Shown here: piece by piece, positions 1 through 10,589 of the stretch
Layout of the letters: the number at the start of each line of letters is the position of its first letter
How positions within the stretch are numbered: the stretch's first letter is position 1
Assembly (NCBI GenBank): GCA_963792585.1
Contig: CAWBWI010000006.1
Coordinates: forward strand, 96,001 to 160,000
Direction of reading: 5' to 3'
DNA: 64,000 bases
Origin: Candidatus Eiseniibacteriota bacterium
Lineage (GTDB): Bacteria; Eisenbacteria; RBG-16-71-46; CAIMUX01; VGJL01
The notes under the pieces: generated by a model
The model's database searches: none
What the model saw: only the letters and a program-made list of their open reading frames with translations
Told to the model about the DNA's origin: nothing
Made by a program: the position numbers and the translations under genes

Positions 1-329
1 ACGATGTCGGCACGAAGATGGATCCAGGATGCTCCTGTGTGGAATCGCATGGAGGCAGTGGACTACATGGCCGGCGACCGCCGGCTCTGCCAAGAGGCGC
101 GATTATGGAACACGTAACACCTCTTAGCAAGTGCCGACTCCCCCTCTTTCTCGCCCAGGGGTCCACGGCAGCGAAAGTGCGCTCTCAATATCACGCACGC
201 ACAGCGAAGTGCTTCTGATAGGCCTTCTCTCGATGGAGTGGCCTGAGTCGACGCAGCCCGGAGAGATCCCGGGTTCCTGGACAGGCCACACCGCAATAAT
301 GGCGGTTGGTGTTGTATCGGCCTCAATCT

Positions 330-1310
330 TCACAAGTACTCCACATCCCCATGCGTCAGGAAGACCCGCTCGAGGCCCTTCCACCCGACTCGTAGCGCCC
401 CTCTAGATCCGTCTCGCACTAGTAAGGGATAGCCATTACCCCTGCGAAGCGGATTGATCACAAACCGGTGTCGCGCCGCTGCGGGTGTGGCGTTCCACAT
501 CACCGCTCGCGCACCCGGATAGTACCTGAGTAGCGATGCCACCAGGGGATCCAAGTCGTAGTCGAATGGGTCCGCGCTGAGCACGTCCAACACGAGTATA
601 CGTCTCGAGGATTCATCACGACGCACTATCAGTGCTCGTTTGACATGACTCCCATCCAAGAGAGCCCAGCACTCGTACCGCTGCAAGGGGCTGTGCACGT
701 ATCTCCACTCGAGGTACTCCGGCGAACGTTCCACCCAGATTCGGCCCGCTGGCGGCGCAGGGTGAAAGTCGTGTTTCTGCAGCAACGTGGCAGGGTCGGT
801 GCGAAGCACGTCACTGCGTCGCGGTGAGGGAGCGCGGGCTGCCGTCACCAGATAGAGAAGCGAATCGGGTCCCACCAAGCGTCGACAACCAAGCTGGCAG
901 ACAGCATCCTGCAGCAAGCCGGCCACTCGCCAACCTCGGCTGAGGAAGCCTGGCCGAGAAGCATCGTTGGCAAAATTGAAGAAGTAGTCGATTCCAATGA
1001 ATGTCTCGAGTGCGTAATCTAGCAGTCGCCCGAAGATGCCGCGTCCCCGGTACCCAGGGTCGACCACCGGATCGATATCGCGGGCGCCCGTCACGACTCT
1101 ATCATTGGCGATTACTCGCTTGGGGATCGCGGCATAAAAACCGATGACCCGTTCCCCATCGCAACAAACCACCCCCAACGACCTACCGCCAGGGCACTCC
1201 TCGTGAAGCCAATTGAAGCGCGCAGCGCTGAAGCTTGGATCGTGCCCACGGCGCAGTAGAGCAAGGCAAGATTCCTTGTCGGAGGATGTATAGGCGCGCA
1301 CGTTCAGCAT
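330..1310 (-). CDS. GNAT-family N-acetyltransferase (EPS-associated)
   Basis: Acetyl-CoA motif VDPGYRGRGIF, plus FFNFANDASRPGF and RSPEYLEWRY. Start chosen at MLNVRAY (ATG 1310) to avoid overlap with the upstream GT. Confidence 0.8.
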   Translation of the reverse strand: MLNVRAYTSSDKESCLALLRRGHDPSFSAARFNWLHEECPGGRSLGVVCCDGERVIGFYAAIPKRVIANDRVVTGARDIDPVVDPGYRGRGIFGRLLDYALETFIGIDYFFNFANDASRPGFLSRGWRVAGLLQDAVCQLGCRRLVGPDSLLYLVTAARAPSPRRSDVLRTDPATLLQKHDFHPAPPAGRIWVERSPEYLEWRYVHSPLQRYECWALLDGSHVKRALIVRRDESSRRILVLDVLSADPFDYDLDPLVASLLRYYPGARAVMWNATPAAARHRFVINPLRRGNGYPLLVRDGSRGALRVGWKGLERVFLTHGDVEYL

Positions 1311-1354
1311 CGTGCTTCCCGATGTTCTTCGTCGTGTGTTCCGATCATTTGCTG

Positions 1355-2242
1355 CTAGTCCCAACTTCCGTGCAGGAGGCGTGCCAGTCTGAGCCACGGG
1401 AATTGATCGTGGGGCCGGGAGTGGAATGCGCGCCGGAAGTCCTGCAGCGCCCCACGCAGGTTACCATGCTCCAGGCGGAGACGTCCCCGCTGGGCGTAGT
1501 TAAGTGTCCACGCGGCGCATGCTTGGTCAGGTGTTACAAAGTCTGGATACCGTTTGAGGAAGCGCCCCAAGAGATTCAGCACGTTTGCATAACGCTCTTC
1601 CTGGCGGTGCGACATCTGCCCGCTCCAGATACGGTATCGGGCTAGTGGTTTGGGCACGTACATGAACTCGTAGCGAGTTGAGACCCGTAACCAAAGGTCG
1701 TAGTCAATTCCCATGCTTAGGGACTCGTCGAAGCCTCCGAACTCTTCGGCCACCAGCCGTGGCAGCAGTGAGGTATTGAAGGTGACGAAATTCGTCATCA
1801 GGAGGCGTGAGGTGATCTGGCCACCGTATCGGTGCACCGGCGGCGTCGGCAGCGGCCGCCCCTCTCCGTCCATCAGGGCGATGTCGCCGTAGATCACACC
1901 CGCGAGAGGGTTAGCTTGCAGCAAGGGGACCTGATGCGACAGTTTTCCTGGCAACCATGCGTTGTCGGCGTCGCAGAAGCCGACGTACTCACCTCGGGCA
2001 GCACGCAGGCCGGTGTTCTTGGCCGCAGTCTGCCCGCTGTTAGTCTGGCGGATTACCCGGACACGCGGGTCACCCACATAGGCCTCGAGCACCTGGGGCG
2101 TGTCGTCGGTCGAACCGTCGTCGATTATGATGACGTCAATCGCGGGCCAGTCTTGGGCAAGCACAGAATCCACGGCCTCCCCTAGATACCGGCCCATGTT
2201 GTAACTGGCGGTGATGACAGAGACGAGGGGAACCTGGGTCAT
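1355..2242 (-). CDS. Glycosyltransferase family 2
   Basis: VSVITASYN, IIIDDGSTD, FCDAD (DxD), GGFDESL..DYDLWLR. Confidence 0.93.
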   Translation of the reverse strand: MTQVPLVSVITASYNMGRYLGEAVDSVLAQDWPAIDVIIIDDGSTDDTPQVLEAYVGDPRVRVIRQTNSGQTAAKNTGLRAARGEYVGFCDADNAWLPGKLSHQVPLLQANPLAGVIYGDIALMDGEGRPLPTPPVHRYGGQITSRLLMTNFVTFNTSLLPRLVAEEFGGFDESLSMGIDYDLWLRVSTRYEFMYVPKPLARYRIWSGQMSHRQEERYANVLNLLGRFLKRYPDFVTPDQACAAWTLNYAQRGRLRLEHGNLRGALQDFRRAFHSRPHDQFPWLRLARLLHGSWD

Positions 2243-2269
2243 GGGTTACCTCTCAAGCGGCGCTCCGGT

Positions 2270-3322
2270 TCACGACGAAGCTGTCCAATACACTCCGCTG
2301 GGATCTGTGGCCAGACCAAGTCGGCGACGGAGGCGAAGCCACAGTATCTCTGCGCCGCATAGTGTCCAGCGGAAGGTGGTCATGTCCCCGCTCACGCTAC
2401 TACGGGGCAGGGCGTAGGCGTCCTCCGGCGAGAGCAGATTCTGATAGGCGACGAAACATCCGCTGAAGCCCGCCTCCGCCACTAGGTCGCGAACCTCCGG
2501 TGTGAAGTCGACCGATTCACCCTGGGGGTAGGAAAACCAATTCGGAATCGCTCCGGTCATCTCAGCCAGGCGATCCCGCGATCCAGCCAGCTCCCACCGG
2601 GCTCTCTCAGGCGTGACCCGTGATAGGATAGGGTGCGTGATTGTGTGCGCACCCATAAGCATACCATCCGCGGCCATGGTCCGAATCTGCTCCCAGGTAA
2701 CCGGGGCATAGTCCAAGTGAGGTTCGTTGGAGAGAGAAGCCCCAAGCACGGACGCCAGGTCATCCAGGGTCGCCTCCTTCTGTTCGTCGGCCATGAAACG
2801 GCAAAGATCCGTCACGGCATGCCATGCCGCCGTGCGGCCATCCAGGTGATGGAGGTCGAGGAGCAAGGTTTGTCCGCCAATGTCAACAGCGAGACCGCGG
2901 GCGTTTGGCGCCTGAGCCAGCATGCATTCGAGGCGGTCCCACCACAACCAGAGACCGCCGTCAACAAACCCGGTAATCACGAAGAGCATGGCCGGGATGT
3001 CGTAGTCGCGAAAAATGGGATATGCGACTTCGTAGAAATCACGGTAGCCGTCGTCGACCGTCACCACCACGGGGCAACGGCCAGGGGGTCGTAGCCGGTT
3101 ACGTGCAGCCAGAATATCGTCCGGTCGCCATCGGGCATGGTACTGCGCTAGATAGGCTGCCTGACGCCGCAGCGAGGCCGCGTCGACGAAGTGGATATTT
3201 TCGTTGAAATCGGCTATAAATCGGTGATACATTAGAGTCCGCACGGTTCGGGCAGTGAGCAGCCGGCAGGTCGCCTCAAAGCCGGGGCAGGTGAGCAAGA
3301 GCCTTTTAAGCAGCCTTTTCAT
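2270..3322 (-). CDS. Polysaccharide deacetylase (CE4/NodB family)
   Basis: LMYHRF, VTVDDGYRDFY, GAHTITHPIL, FSYPQG. Start set at MKRLLKRLL (ATG 3322). Confidence 0.9.
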   Translation of the reverse strand: MKRLLKRLLLTCPGFEATCRLLTARTVRTLMYHRFIADFNENIHFVDAASLRRQAAYLAQYHARWRPDDILAARNRLRPPGRCPVVVTVDDGYRDFYEVAYPIFRDYDIPAMLFVITGFVDGGLWLWWDRLECMLAQAPNARGLAVDIGGQTLLLDLHHLDGRTAAWHAVTDLCRFMADEQKEATLDDLASVLGASLSNEPHLDYAPVTWEQIRTMAADGMLMGAHTITHPILSRVTPERARWELAGSRDRLAEMTGAIPNWFSYPQGESVDFTPEVRDLVAEAGFSGCFVAYQNLLSPEDAYALPRSSVSGDMTTFRWTLCGAEILWLRLRRRLGLATDPSGVYWTASS

Positions 3323-3500
3323 AGGTTGATTCCGCCGCAGGGCCTCCCTCCGCGATGGCGAGCGCACGACCAATAGCGCACAGACCAGCGTGTTTACTGT
3401 AGGCAACCGCATAGGTTTTGTCGATCCCCCCTGCCATTCGACTGGCGCGGCGGGAACTGGGGGGTGTAGGTCGTTGCGCCCCATTTCCGTAACGGACTAG

Positions 3501-5215
3501 CCCGGATTTCTCACCAAGGGGAATAGCAACGGGCGGACAGATTCGTTAAAAGGGTGTTGTCTACGCACCTACAACGAATCATGAGGTCCGCCCGATGCAG
3601 ACACACTGTAACTCCGCTCAACTCGCGTTCCAACCCCTTGGTCGTCGAATCGTAGAGGCCGCTTTCGACGCGGGTCATGTGACTAGCGACGCGGGCGGCC
3701 TCCTGCTTCGAGAGATCGCTTCCACCACGCGGATGATGGAGCGGATCGCCTCCTGCTTCACCGACGCCCGTGATCCTGCCCGGGCTGAGCATTCCCTCGA
3801 CGGTCTGATTGCCCAGAGGATTTATGGCCTGGCCCTCGGCTACGAGGACCTCAACGACCACGATCAGCTCCGTCGGGATCCCCTGCTTGCCGTTCTGGTG
3901 GGCAAGACCGACCCGGATGGCCAGGATCGGGTCCGAGAGCGGGACCGGGGCTGCGCCCTGGCCGGCAAGAGCACTCTGAATCGGTTGGAGCACACTCCTC
4001 CCACCGAGCGGGATCGTTATCACCGGATCGCCTACGACTCTGGAAAGCTCGACCGATTGCTGGTGGATCTGTTCCTGGAGTCCTACGATCACGCCCCTCG
4101 ACAGATCATTCTGGATCTGGACGCTACGGATGACCCGGTGCACGGATCCCAGGAGGAGCGGTTCTTCCACGGCTACTACGGGCACTACTGCTTTCTGCCG
4201 CTCTACGCTTTCTGCGGGGAGCACCTGCTCCTGGCCCGATTGCGGCCGTCGAACATCGATGCCTCTGCGGGGACTGTCAAGGAGTTGGCGCCCATCATTC
4301 ATCAGATCTGGCAGCGGTGGCCGAGAACCCAGATCGTCTTGCGTGCGGATTCAGGCTTTGCACGGGAAGAGATCATGGTTTGGTGTGAGGAACAGGGCGT
4401 CGACTACGTCTTTGGGTTGGCGAAGAACTCTCGGTTGATCCGCAAGATTGCCCGGGAGTTGAAACGGGCCCTGAAACGCTATGGCCGGACAGGAAAGCCT
4501 GCCCGATTCTTCCGGGACTTCCTTTACCGGACCCGAGAGAGCTGGAGTCGATCTCGACGGGTGGTAGGGAAAGCGGAGCATCTGGAGAAGGGGAGCAATC
4601 CGAGATTCGTGGTGACCTCTCTTGAATCGGCACCAGCCCGGGATCTCTACGAAGCCATCTACTGCGCCCGCGGCGAGATGGAGAACCGGATCAAAGAACA
4701 ACAGCTGGATCTGTTTGCCGACCGGACGAGCGCGACCAGCATGCGGTCGAATCAGTTGCGACTCTATTTCTCGAGCTTTGCCTACGTCCTGCTGCAGTAC
4801 CTGCGGCGCGTCGGACTGCGGGGAACGGAACTGGCGCGAGCTCAGTGCGGGACGATCCGTCTGAAACTCCTGAAGATCGGCGCCCTCATCGCGGTGAGTG
4901 TCCGCCGGATCCGTTTCCGGATGGCCAGCGGCTATCCACATGCCGACCTGTTCCGCCAAGTGATGGAAAACCTACGACACGATCCGAGTCCAGGCTAATC
5001 CCCGAAGGTCCCCGAACACCAAAGATCCGCGTCGATTACGGAGACAAGGGAGGAGTCTGCCTCGGGCGGACTGGCGCACCTCCCAGGACGCCAGATTCCG
5101 GTCTCATGATCGGGAATCGAACGGCGGATGCGCGACGAGGGGCGCGAGAGAGGATCCATCGTCCTCCGGCACGCCCCTCGATCAGCTTCTTCCTACACCT
5201 GGTGAGAAATGCGGG
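3501..5215 (+). mobile_element. Complete IS1380-family insertion sequence
   Basis: Terminal IRs CCCGGATTTCTCACCA (3501-3516) and TGGTGAGAAATGCGGG (5200-5215) match 15/16. CTAG direct repeat at 3497-3500 and 5216-5219. Intact transposase inside. Confidence 0.93.
3595..4998 (+). CDS. IS1380-family transposase
   Basis: 467 aa with VTSDAGGLLL, GYEDLNDHDQLRRDP, LDLDATDDPVHG, LRADSGF, YCARGEMENRIKEQQ. Confidence 0.95.
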   Translation: MQTHCNSAQLAFQPLGRRIVEAAFDAGHVTSDAGGLLLREIASTTRMMERIASCFTDARDPARAEHSLDGLIAQRIYGLALGYEDLNDHDQLRRDPLLAVLVGKTDPDGQDRVRERDRGCALAGKSTLNRLEHTPPTERDRYHRIAYDSGKLDRLLVDLFLESYDHAPRQIILDLDATDDPVHGSQEERFFHGYYGHYCFLPLYAFCGEHLLLARLRPSNIDASAGTVKELAPIIHQIWQRWPRTQIVLRADSGFAREEIMVWCEEQGVDYVFGLAKNSRLIRKIARELKRALKRYGRTGKPARFFRDFLYRTRESWSRSRRVVGKAEHLEKGSNPRFVVTSLESAPARDLYEAIYCARGEMENRIKEQQLDLFADRTSATSMRSNQLRLYFSSFAYVLLQYLRRVGLRGTELARAQCGTIRLKLLKIGALIAVSVRRIRFRMASGYPHADLFRQVMENLRHDPSPG

Positions 5216-5262
5216 CTAGTATATCTTTCTCCGTTGATCGCTGGTTCGGTCAGAGGAGGAGG

Positions 5263-6405
5263 ATGTCGCCTTTGCGTTTGGTACTGCTGATCTCGATCGC
5301 CATGCTGATGTACGTGTACGTGGGATACCCAACACTATGCGCGATACTTGCTGTCGTTAGGCACCGCCGGGTCCGCTCGGCGGAAGGCACCCCGCGAGTC
5401 AGCATCCTGATCTCAGCTCACAATGAAGTCGCTCAGATCGCTGCGACTGTTCACAATAAACTTGGCTTGGACTATCCCCCAGACCGCTTCGAGATCATCG
5501 TGGTCTCCGACTGCTCGGACGACGGAACCGACCAAGCGGTTGCCAGTATAGCTGCCGCCGAACCGCGGGTCCGCCTGGTCCGCCAGGAGCCGCGTGGCGG
5601 AAAGACCGCGGCGTTGAACAAGGCGGTCCCAATGGCTGGCGGGGAGATTCTCGTGTTTTCCGATGCCAACTCCCTCTACGCTCCCGACTCCTTGAGGAAA
5701 CTGGTGGAGCCGTTCGCCGACCCTGACGTGGGCTATGCGACCGGCCGCATGGTCTACCGAGCGCCCGACCGCTCGCTCACAGGCGAGAGCTGCTCTGCCT
5801 ATATGCGCTACGAGAATATCTTGCGCGGTCTCGAAACTGCGATTGGGTCGGTGGTTGGAGTCGATGGTGGCATCGACGCTGTCCGGGCCGACCTCTATGT
5901 TGTTATGCGTGCGGATCAGCAGCCAGACTTCGTGCTGCCTCTCAGCGTCATAGAGCGGGGGTGGCGGGTCGTATTTGTTCCGGAAGCCAAACTCTACGAG
6001 GCGACTCTCACCAAGGCTACCGATGAATTCCGAATGCGGACCCGGGTTGTCCTGCGTGCCTGGCACGCCCTGCGCGACAAAGCTGGTCTGCTGAATCCGC
6101 TACGATATGGGCTGTTCTCATTGCAGCTTCTGTCTCACAAGTGGCTGCGGTACTTGGCCCCTGTGTTCCAGCTTGGCGCGCTCGTCAGTAACGTCGCGCT
6201 GGTGGGTCGCGGTACGACGTGGGACGCCACGGCTGCCTTCCAGGCTGCATTCTACCTACTGGCGGCGTTAGGATTCCTAGGATGCTCACTGCCGGTACCG
6301 CTAGCGTTCCCCTACTACCTCTGCCTGTTGAACGCCGCCGCTGGCACGGCGATGGTGCGATTCCTGGGCGGCCAGAAGCAGGCCACCTGGACACCTCGAA
6401 CCTGA
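5263..6405 (+). CDS. Membrane glycosyltransferase family 2 (CesA/PgaC-like)
   Basis: VSILISAHNE, VVSDCSDD, GKTAALN, FSDAN and TM segments at both ends. Strong RBS GAGGAGGAGG before ATG 5263. Confidence 0.9.
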   Translation: MSPLRLVLLISIAMLMYVYVGYPTLCAILAVVRHRRVRSAEGTPRVSILISAHNEVAQIAATVHNKLGLDYPPDRFEIIVVSDCSDDGTDQAVASIAAAEPRVRLVRQEPRGGKTAALNKAVPMAGGEILVFSDANSLYAPDSLRKLVEPFADPDVGYATGRMVYRAPDRSLTGESCSAYMRYENILRGLETAIGSVVGVDGGIDAVRADLYVVMRADQQPDFVLPLSVIERGWRVVFVPEAKLYEATLTKATDEFRMRTRVVLRAWHALRDKAGLLNPLRYGLFSLQLLSHKWLRYLAPVFQLGALVSNVALVGRGTTWDATAAFQAAFYLLAALGFLGCSLPVPLAFPYYLCLLNAAAGTAMVRFLGGQKQATWTPRT

Positions 6406-6419
6406 AAGGACGGGCCGCG

Positions 6420-7784
6420 ATGCGCCTCCCCGACTGGATGGTGGGCCGCTTGTTCGAGCCTGTCTGGGACTTCTACGAGGGTAGCGTGCGGCTGCGCACC
6501 TACCGGCAGCTCATGCGTAACCAATTCGATGCACCTGAGGCCCTCGAGGCACGGCGGCAGAAGCGTCTGAACGCCCTGGTCCGGCACGCCGCGGCGACTA
6601 GCCCCTTCCACCGACGACGTCTGGAGGCGGCGGGAATCGACCCAACCCGGGTCCGATCGATCTCTAACCTACGCGACCTGCCCCTTCTAACCAAAGTCGA
6701 CATCCGCGGGCACCTGGAGGGGATTCTCTCCGCGACCCACGGACGTGAGGACCTGTTACCAGCGAAGACGGGCGGCTCCACGGGCACGGCCCTGCAGGTC
6801 TATTGTGATCGTCGCGGCGTCGAACTGCGTGAAGGGGCCGCCCTGTTGGCCGACACATGGAGCGGCTGGCGCCTGGGCCAGCCCACGGCCGCGGTTTGGG
6901 GGAATCCGCCACGGCCCGTCACCCTGCGGAACCGACTGCGGTTGGCGTTGAAAGACCGCATCATTTTTCTCGACACGATGTGTCTCGACGAGCGGGCGGT
7001 GCGGGAGTTCGCGGCCGCCTGGCGCCGCCTGCGCCCTGGCCTGCTCTTTGGGCACGCCCACTCCCTGTACCTGCTTGCCGGAATGCTCGAGGAGATGGAC
7101 GAAGTTCTGCGGCCGCGGGGAATCGTCGCCTCCAGCATGATGCTCCTCCAGCCCGAACGCGAGGTCATCGAGCGGGTCTTCGCGCTCCCGGTGACCAACC
7201 GCTACGGTTGCGAAGAGGTCAGCCTGATCGCGTGCGAGTGCGAAAGGCACGCCGGGCTGCACATCAACGCCGAGCATGTTGTGGTCGAAGTGCTGCGCGA
7301 CGACGGCAGTCCTTGCGCTCCGGGCGAAGACGGCCGCATCGTCGTGACCGAATTGGTCAACCTTGGGATGCCGATGCTACGCTACGAAGTTGGCGACCGC
7401 GGTGTGCTACATGATCGGCTCTGTCCCTGCGGCCGTCCCCACCCCCTCCTGCGGACGGTGACAGGCCGCACTGCAGATTTCTTGGTGGCCGCCGACGGTA
7501 GCCGTGTCGCCGGCATCTCGCTCATCGAGAACACGCTGACGCGCTACTCTGGCATCGCGCAGCTGCAGATCGTGCAGGAGGAGGTCGGACGCGTCGATCT
7601 GAATGTCGTGCCAGCCGCCGGCTGGGAGGCGGCCGTTGCGGACGCTCTGGTTCGGGTGATGCGCGAGTCTCTGGGCGGCGAGCTGTCGGTGGTCCTGCAC
7701 ATCTGCGACACCATTCCCCCGGAGCCAAACGGCAAGTACCGCTTTTCCATCTGCCGTGTACCCGGCGTGCGTACCGGGGCGTGA
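6420..7784 (+). CDS. Phenylacetate-CoA ligase family protein (CapK-like, EPS-associated)
   Basis: LPLLTKVDIR, KTGGSTG, RYGCEE, MPMLRYEVGD, GRTADFL, PNGKYRF. Confidence 0.88.
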   Translation: MRLPDWMVGRLFEPVWDFYEGSVRLRTYRQLMRNQFDAPEALEARRQKRLNALVRHAAATSPFHRRRLEAAGIDPTRVRSISNLRDLPLLTKVDIRGHLEGILSATHGREDLLPAKTGGSTGTALQVYCDRRGVELREGAALLADTWSGWRLGQPTAAVWGNPPRPVTLRNRLRLALKDRIIFLDTMCLDERAVREFAAAWRRLRPGLLFGHAHSLYLLAGMLEEMDEVLRPRGIVASSMMLLQPEREVIERVFALPVTNRYGCEEVSLIACECERHAGLHINAEHVVVEVLRDDGSPCAPGEDGRIVVTELVNLGMPMLRYEVGDRGVLHDRLCPCGRPHPLLRTVTGRTADFLVAADGSRVAGISLIENTLTRYSGIAQLQIVQEEVGRVDLNVVPAAGWEAAVADALVRVMRESLGGELSVVLHICDTIPPEPNGKYRFSICRVPGVRTGA

Positions 7785-8004
7785 GCGACTTCCGCCACCG
7801 CCCTTGCAGGAAAACAACGGGGAAACCGGAAGGATCTCTGAGGTGGTGTCCTCGGCCGCGTCAGGGCGCCGGAGCTATGTGCCAAGGTGGACGAAATCTG
7901 TCACGACACGGTCACTCGGGCACACGCCGCGATTGACGAGCGTGGTAGCCTTCGATGTTCTGTCTTCTCGTAGTCCGAAGCGGCACTTGAGGGGGCCCGT
8001 ACAA

Positions 8005-8640
8005 ATGTCTACTCCCGTGAAGCCGAGGATAGTCAGGGCGTTGAATGACCCAGGGGCAGCCTATCGTTACGGTGGGACCCTCCTGCGAGCGGCTCTTGTC
8101 CGCCTGCGCTACGCGTCTAACCCGCGGATCCGTCTTGGTCGTGGGCTCCTTGTCGCCCAGGGCCTCTCGATAGACGGACCTGGCCACGTGACGATCGGCG
8201 AAGGCGTTTCCGTCGACGGCTCTAGTCACACGGTCACTCTCCCAACTTATGCTGCAGACGCAGAAATCGTGATTGGGGATGGCTGTTTCATCAATGGAGC
8301 CAGATTCGGGTGCGCCCGAAAGATCATGGTCGGACGAAATTGTATCCTTGGCGATTGTCGCATCATGGATACGAATTTCCATAGCATATATCCAGGCCGT
8401 CGTGATGATCCGAGCTTGGTGCGAATCGCTCCCGTGACGATTGAAGATGACTGCTGGATCGGTGCTGGCGCCTTCATTCTCCCGGGAACGAAAATCCGCA
8501 AAGGAAGCACGGTAGCTGCCGGGGCGGTCGTCATGGGGCGCTTTCCTCCGTTCTCGGTGATCGCGGGTAACCCAGCACGAGTCATCCTGTCGGTCACTCC
8601 GGAGCATGAGGCTGAATCGCCGGAGACTCAAAGTCATTGA
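8005..8640 (+). CDS. Hexapeptide (LbH) O-acyltransferase
   Basis: IVIGDGCFIN, VTIEDDCWIGAGAFILPG, AGAVV, AGNPARVI. Confidence 0.9.
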   Translation: MSTPVKPRIVRALNDPGAAYRYGGTLLRAALVRLRYASNPRIRLGRGLLVAQGLSIDGPGHVTIGEGVSVDGSSHTVTLPTYAADAEIVIGDGCFINGARFGCARKIMVGRNCILGDCRIMDTNFHSIYPGRRDDPSLVRIAPVTIEDDCWIGAGAFILPGTKIRKGSTVAAGAVVMGRFPPFSVIAGNPARVILSVTPEHEAESPETQSH

Positions 8641-8751
8641 GAAGTGTGTCATGATACCCGCCGCAGGAAGCGCCCGCGCTCAAACCTCCCCGTCGGTCCC
8701 CCGTGCCGTGCGGGGCGACAGGATGGCACTGAAGCTGCGACAGGCAATGGG

Positions 8752-9864
8752 TTATTCTTCGCCTGCGCGAGAGCCATTCCCATGCTGTGTCCCTGAAACC
8801 ATCGCGGCGCGCAGAAGCAGACGGTTGAGCTTGAAGGCGAGCACACTCGGGGTGTCGTACCCGCCGATCAGTAGACGTGGCAGGCGCAGTGGCGCGGTCT
8901 GTGGGCGCGTCACCCCGTCCGCAGTGGTATAGCCTCGCCCGAAACCAGCCGCTTCCGCCGCTGCGAATACACGCTCGTCAGCATCGCCGTTCGGATAGGC
9001 GAGGTCATAGGGAGGGGTGAGCAGAGTTGTCTCGAGAAATTCATGAGAGGCACGCAACGCCTCCGCCAGCGCCGAGTCGTCCAGGTGGGTCAGAATCTCG
9101 TGCCGGTGCGCGTGCGAGCCAAAGTGACACAGGCCCGACGCCCGCATCGCACGGATCTCGTCGACGCGGAGCGGACGGCAATCTACCAGAGCAGCACGCC
9201 CACGCTCGCCGGTCGCCTCCTGGCAACGTAATAGAATCTGATCCACCACCGGGTGGCCCGGATTTCCAAGCGCCTTGATGTCAGCCAGTAGGCGGTGGAT
9301 GTCGTCCCATCGTTGCGGGCCGTCCGAGGGATGGAACCGGTATAGCTTCAGGCCAACCTCGCGAAGATCGAGTTCGCCCATGGCATCGGCTTGGATCGGC
9401 ACGGCCACGCGGTCGAACCAGAACGATTCTCCCGTTGCAGCGTGCCAGGTCGAGACGAAGAACAGAGCGGGCACTCCGTGCCGCTTCAGGATCGGCAGGG
9501 CGACGCGATAGTTGTTGACGTACCCATCATCGAACGTGAGAAGGAATCGCAAGTCGCTCGAGGTGGCGGCGGCGCGGCCAATTCCAGCGGCGCGACGTTC
9601 GCCTGCGTTGCCGTCGGTCGCGCTGCCGTCGCCGACCTCGGCAACTACGACAGGAAGCTCATCCGGAGTGATAAAGCGGCCGAATCTGGCCATCCAAGTG
9701 AGTTGACGATCAAACTCCCTCTGACGCACGCGCAACCAGTTGCCGGGTCCATTGTTGGGCCCGATGTCATGGTAGCCGAGAATCAGGACGGAGCCGGCGA
9801 GGCGGGCGGCGGCCAGACGTGTCAGCGCCGCATTGCCGAGAAAGCGTTTGAAGAGGGACTTCAT
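8752..9864 (-). CDS. Polysaccharide deacetylase (CE4/NodB family)
   Basis: ILGYHDI, LTFDDGYVNNY, FGSHAHRHEIL, LAYPNG. Start at MKSLFKRF (ATG 9864). Confidence 0.88.
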   Translation of the reverse strand: MKSLFKRFLGNAALTRLAAARLAGSVLILGYHDIGPNNGPGNWLRVRQREFDRQLTWMARFGRFITPDELPVVVAEVGDGSATDGNAGERRAAGIGRAAATSSDLRFLLTFDDGYVNNYRVALPILKRHGVPALFFVSTWHAATGESFWFDRVAVPIQADAMGELDLREVGLKLYRFHPSDGPQRWDDIHRLLADIKALGNPGHPVVDQILLRCQEATGERGRAALVDCRPLRVDEIRAMRASGLCHFGSHAHRHEILTHLDDSALAEALRASHEFLETTLLTPPYDLAYPNGDADERVFAAAEAAGFGRGYTTADGVTRPQTAPLRLPRLLIGGYDTPSVLAFKLNRLLLRAAMVSGTQHGNGSRAGEE

Positions 9865-10589
9865 GCCGGCAGCCAAACACGGCGGTGCTGGAGACGTCAA
9901 GGTCCATCGGCGGCAGGGCGGGAGCATGATTGACACCCGGAATACCCTCAGGTTGCGGTGGCTTGCGCTGGCTGTTGAGTGCACCAACCAGTCTCGCCAG
10001 GGCATCCCCGGGGCCGGTCCCCTTCCTATCGCGCACGAGCGATGAAGCGACAGATTCGGGGTCTTCGTCGCGGCGCAAACGTTCTTTGTGTAGAAGGGAC
10101 TCGCGACTGTCGGAAGCGTGGGTGGCACGGCCTGTACATGCGTCCCACGGTCATACGGGGCACCGGCGGAAGCCTCCCATAGAGATACTTCAAGAGGAAA
10201 CGGCCCTCCACGTCCACCTCGCAGTGTTACCCGGTCGGCCCCGGACCCTCTATTAGCCATCGAGATCACCGAGCCCGGAAACGGTTCTAGGGGCGAGGTC
10301 TGGATCCAGTCATAGGCGGAGTCGGCGCAGTGGGGGGCGCCATGTCCCGGGCGTAACTAAGCTGGTGGTATCGGTTTCCTGGCCCGAGTCATGGCCATCA
10401 AATGCGCAAGTGGTACAATGGCGTTTGTTCCCTCCGGGCGCAAGGCTACGCTGGTCCGGGCGAGCGTTGGACTTAATAACTAGCGGCAGTGGTTTGATGG
10501 CCGAGGACGCACCACATCAAGAGGCAAGGCCGGTTTCTTGCTGGCCGAATCTGAAGAAGGATTTTGGCACGGCTAGAGGTTGCCACTGA

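Noticed and set aside
1..329. Short ORFs at the window start
   Set aside because: No recognisable motifs, RBS or codon bias. Left unannotated.
3511..4959. Long antisense ORFs (3511-4302, 4351-4959) and similar shadows such as 32268-33755, 36680-38254, 47179-49872 and 51180-53156
   Set aside because: They lie opposite or overlap well-supported genes and show no motifs. Such ORFs are expected in GC-rich DNA.
9870..10330. Possible gene remnant upstream of deacetylase 2 (minus strand YDWIQTSPLEPFPGS, faintly radical-SAM-like)
   Set aside because: Too short, with no supporting motif such as CxxxCxxC. It cannot be supported without a search.
10564..10584. TTGGCACG sigma54-like start upstream of the DegT gene (similar cases near 7880, 10123 and 21070)
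   Set aside because: GC is not 10 nt after the GG, so the strict -24/-12 spacing fails.
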